Assembly: GCA_036172245.1 (NCBI GenBank)
Contig: JAYWIR010000070.1
Span: 186,001-250,000, forward strand
Direction: 5' to 3'
DNA length: 64,000 nt
DNA from: Raillietiella orientalis
Lineage: Eukaryota
A program made the translations under genes and the position numbers. This document shows positions 49,998 through 64,000 of this stretch, one piece after another (within the stretch, counting starts at the first letter, position 1; every line of letters begins with the position of its first letter). Below the pieces are notes generated by a model, which worked only from the letters and a program-made list of their open reading frames with translations, did no database searches and had not been told where the DNA came from.

Positions 49998-51507
49998 CTA
50001 GCCATCTTGAATTCCTAAGCGGGACAAAAAAATTTGTTTCCGAAGCTCTACCAATTCCCGGTAATTCTGTTCAGCTAAAAAACCATGCAGATTTACAAAC
50101 ATTCACCACATAAAATAATTTTGAATATGCTTACTTGTGGATTTAATCAGGCCCCCTTGAATGTAATGCAAAAAGTTGAGCAAGTTCACAACTGATGTTA
50201 CCTAGAGAAAAAATACCGAGAAAATCTAGGAATGATTACTAACTCGATTTCTGCAATGAGTAGAAATATCCCAGAAATCAGATTTCACATCTACACGAAG
50301 TCGGTATCTTATAAGACATGGCACCATCAATAGAAAGCATATTCCTGGGCTGAAAAGATTGCCTGTTCTCTATGTCTCATACTGCATTCTTCACCTCACT
50401 GGGGATTTGTTTCTTCAATGCATACTATACTGTTGTGAACAGCCTGTTCCAGTTGAGAACTACCCAGTGTATTGGGAAATTTCAAATTAGGCAGTATATC
50501 TTCATGGTGTAACTGTTTCATAAATGCATTAGTATAATGCATATCAGGAGATTCTTGCCATTTAGAAAATTCAGCCAGAAGAATTGGATCTGGCTATGAG
50601 AAGACATACACAGTGCACATTTGCCAGCTTACCTCAGTCTGACAGCACTGCATATGTTTTTCTTGAACTGGATTACAGGACTGTTTACTATATAAATTTT
50701 TTGGTAGAGAGGCTGATTTCTGGTGTCCCTTTGTAACTTTAGCAGATGTGTTCTTTTGTTGTTGATTGTCTCCAGAAGAATATGTATGGATTAAATGTTT
50801 CAGGCCTTCAACTTCAGCTTTTAGCAGATCCACTTGCAGCTGAGATTCCTGGAAAGCTCGTTCTGATGCAGCTTGTTTTATGTTTGCTTCTCGTACCATT
50901 CTGTGAGCTTCCTGAAAGTTTTTTACATTTTTTTCATTAATATTTTTTTTCATGTTCTCACCTCAAAGAGACTCGCACTTAAATCTTGAAGCTCTTTATC
51001 CATACGTAATTGTTCCATGATCAGTTTCTGACATTTTGCTTCTTTGTCCAACAACTGTTGTTCCAAAAAATTCAGCTGTTCTTGCACACTTTTGTTCCGA
51101 TCAGCTAATGCAGGTGCTTTTGTTTGCAATGGAAACTCATTTTGTTGTTCAGGGATACAGAAGGTGTTTTTATTTTGAATTTTTTCCATTACGAAATTGT
51201 TTAAAGCTTCAATATGAGTGATGAGCACCATCATTTCCTTTCTCAATGAGGTTATACCTTGATCTATGGAACTTGTTATTTCTGGCACAGTGGGTACTGA
51301 TGTGGAACAGTCACATGCAACCTGCTTCAAACTGTTGATATGGGTATAGAGGTAATTCAACTTATGCAGGTATTTCTGCATACTCTTTTCGATTTCACCG
51401 ATATGTGATTTAATATCCCATTCGCCTTCTTTAACATTGACTTCTTCATCAAGCTTCTGTGAATTATCAGATTCTGTTTTTTTTACGTCACAACATGCAA
51501 TGTTCAT
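49998..51507 (-). CDS. RAB3IP: Rab3A-interacting protein / Rabin8-like Sec2-domain GEF
   Basis: Exons 51507-50962, 50911-50633, 50593-50400, 50349-50244, 50201-50135 and 50074-49998 splice in frame. Motifs ELQDLSASLFE|EAHRMVREAN, KAEVEGLK, ISTHCRNR, FLHYIQGGL and LRKQIFLSRLG. Confidence 0.92.
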
Positions 51508-52153
51508 GACAGGTCAGATTTTGAAGGAATTATGCTATAGCTGTACATAGGAATCAAATTAATTAGATTGTTATTCACATTACTAAGAAATCAATAAAGT
51601 GGCTTGGTGGCAAACCCAGGATAATGAAAGATTTGATCGTGATGTTAAGACCATGCATACAGAACACTAAAAACCATCTACTGCTCATCGAGTTATCGCT
51701 TTCATTAATGTACACACAATTTTCGAAACACACTCTACATAGCCGTAACTTCTTCGAATGTTGCTACACAAACATCTTCGGTATTTCAATTTACATTCGC
51801 ACAGAATTTACAAATCTACTGATTTCGGAAAGCCGTAACTGCATCATTCGTAACTGTATTACTGCAAAGTTTGTGCAACTTTGTACGCCGCCAGTGCACG
51901 AAGAGCGGGCCTGCAAAGTCTGTACACTGCGACTCACTTTACCACCAGGAGTTGCATTTCAAGTATGCTGCATGTCTGCTGCATGCGCTGCTGGTGCAAG
52001 CGTACGGGGTTTTTTTGACACAGGAAAGTGATGGAAGACAGAAACCCCACGTTCTCAAGAATCGTCCAGAACACGCGCTTCTGCTTAGCATATAGCATGT
52101 GCCTTCGCTCCGACCGCGGTTTTTACTCCCATCCCTGAGGACTCTCATTCATG

Positions 52154-52184
<31 letters not shown>

Positions 52185-52190
52185 TGTGTG
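52154..52190 (+). repeat. Poly-T plus (TG)n microsatellite
   Basis: T run followed by about 10 TG units. Confidence 0.95.
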
Positions 52191-53648
52191 TTCCCACTGC
52201 TCGGTCAGCGTTCCTCGTGCATTGCGGTTCTCTATTTGCAAAATAAACAATTTGGAGCGATTGTTTGACTGCCAGAAACGTCAGCCCCATCACATCAAAC
52301 ACGTATGATGTCTGAAAGTACACACCCCGGTGTGTACGTCCAAGTGCGAGTACAATTGAATGAGCAGCGGAGACCCCGCTTACGATTTGCATTTTCGTGT
52401 GTACATCGCTTTCCTTTATGTAGCCCGCTTAGGGTTTTACCACCTTTGACTTCGACTATCTTGTTAATAAGGGAAACCTCAGGAAGCCGTGAATCGCCAC
52501 AGCAACAAATAAGATCTCCACAGTCTCCATGAGGAATGATACGAAAATTTCGTCAGTCCAGGCAAAATGCTTCGATCGGCGTGACAAACAATGAGATGAA
52601 TGATAGATTTCCCATGAAAATGGTAAAAGGTGGCTCATTTTTTGAGTAAACATTTCCGCTGAGCAACGGAGTCGTCTATTTTGCGATTTGTAACTGCGTA
52701 ATATGTTGAAACGCGTGTAAACGCTCTGGGGTCAGCACTGAAAATTTCACATTCCAGTATGAAAGATGCACAAGTTTCTGCATCCGAGTAGCGAGTTCCC
52801 TTTGTCGGATTTCTTCCGAACCGCCCGCCCTACGAGTAATCGCGTACACAGTCCTCCACGATTGTATTTTCTGAACACACAAACGTGATTGCCGGACTTG
52901 CTTTGCTCACGCACATCTTTCGAAAAACTTGAAAAAGTTACGGGCAAGTATGGTGGCACTGCGCGTGAATCGTGTGACCGACTTGTGTACAGTGTCGGAA
53001 TACACACGTGTGTGCGACCACTGTGCCGAGCCACATCCCGTGCTGTCGATCCTTCCCGGAAAATAGGGGGTAAACCCGGAAGTAATTCGATAGGGGTTCA
53101 CTGCAGGAAATGCTCCTATGAAACCAGCGCCATGGGACTTCGTTCTAGGCGGCGGAGGGCTCGCCCTATTCTTGAGCTTTTTGTTTCAGTGATTGATTGC
53201 ATACGAATTAACAAAGCTGGCAGCACGAACGAGAAAGCAGAAATTTTTACCCCTGACGTCACCAGCGGGTCAAAAACACACATACCGAAATAAAATAAAC
53301 GAAACATTTGCAAAGCATAAACCGGGGGGGAGGGGAGAGAAATCATTGCGAATGCATTTTTTTTTTCTTTTCATAAATTCTTTTTTATAACATCTTTTGA
53401 TTCGCGGAATACTCACGAAAAGTGAGATTTTCATATTCATTTCAAGTTTTCCATTCAAACATGATTTCATAGTGTCACGTTTCAAAACTAATCTTCACTA
53501 TTTTCGGACACATTTTTCTAACACACGAAGAAACAGTTCTAATGCAGAATTCGAGATTTCCATTTAGCAGACTCGAGGGCCGTTTCCGGGGTTTCCGGGG
53601 CACGCACAATCACCAGGGCCAGAATTTAGTTGCAAAATTGCATAAAAT

Positions 53649-63893
<10,245 letters not shown>

Positions 63894-64000
63894 CTGAAAT
63901 AAAAGCTTGAAATAAAAATCTAGAACAAAGGTTTCAAGCCAGGAGTATCTGGCTAGAAAAAAAAATGGTGATTATTATCTGCCCATTTACTTGATGTTAA

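Overview
Eukaryotic, probably arthropod, genomic DNA with very short introns. Three host genes lie on the minus strand: a gamma-glutamyl transpeptidase (left edge, GC-rich), a Rab3-interacting Sec2-domain GEF (50.0-51.5 kb) and furry (53.6-63.9 kb, AT-rich). About 40 kb between them is a mosaic of decayed sequence. It contains many L1/Tx1-clade LINE fragments sharing an unusual 3' end (conserved stem-loop, then AATAAA, then a CCCGG-N5-CCGGG hairpin, with no poly-A). It also has a long tRNA-headed SINE whose body is a degenerate ~40-bp tandem array, and Utopia/NeSL-type retrotransposon remnants, two of which run directly into U2 snRNA sequence. Wolbachia-like insertions (bioB, rpe, tolC remnants), an intronless Rho-kinase retrocopy, and two near-identical inverted duplications (about 1.0 kb and 0.75 kb) are also present. 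All identifications come from manual translation and recalled motifs, with no database search. Boundaries of decayed elements are approximate.
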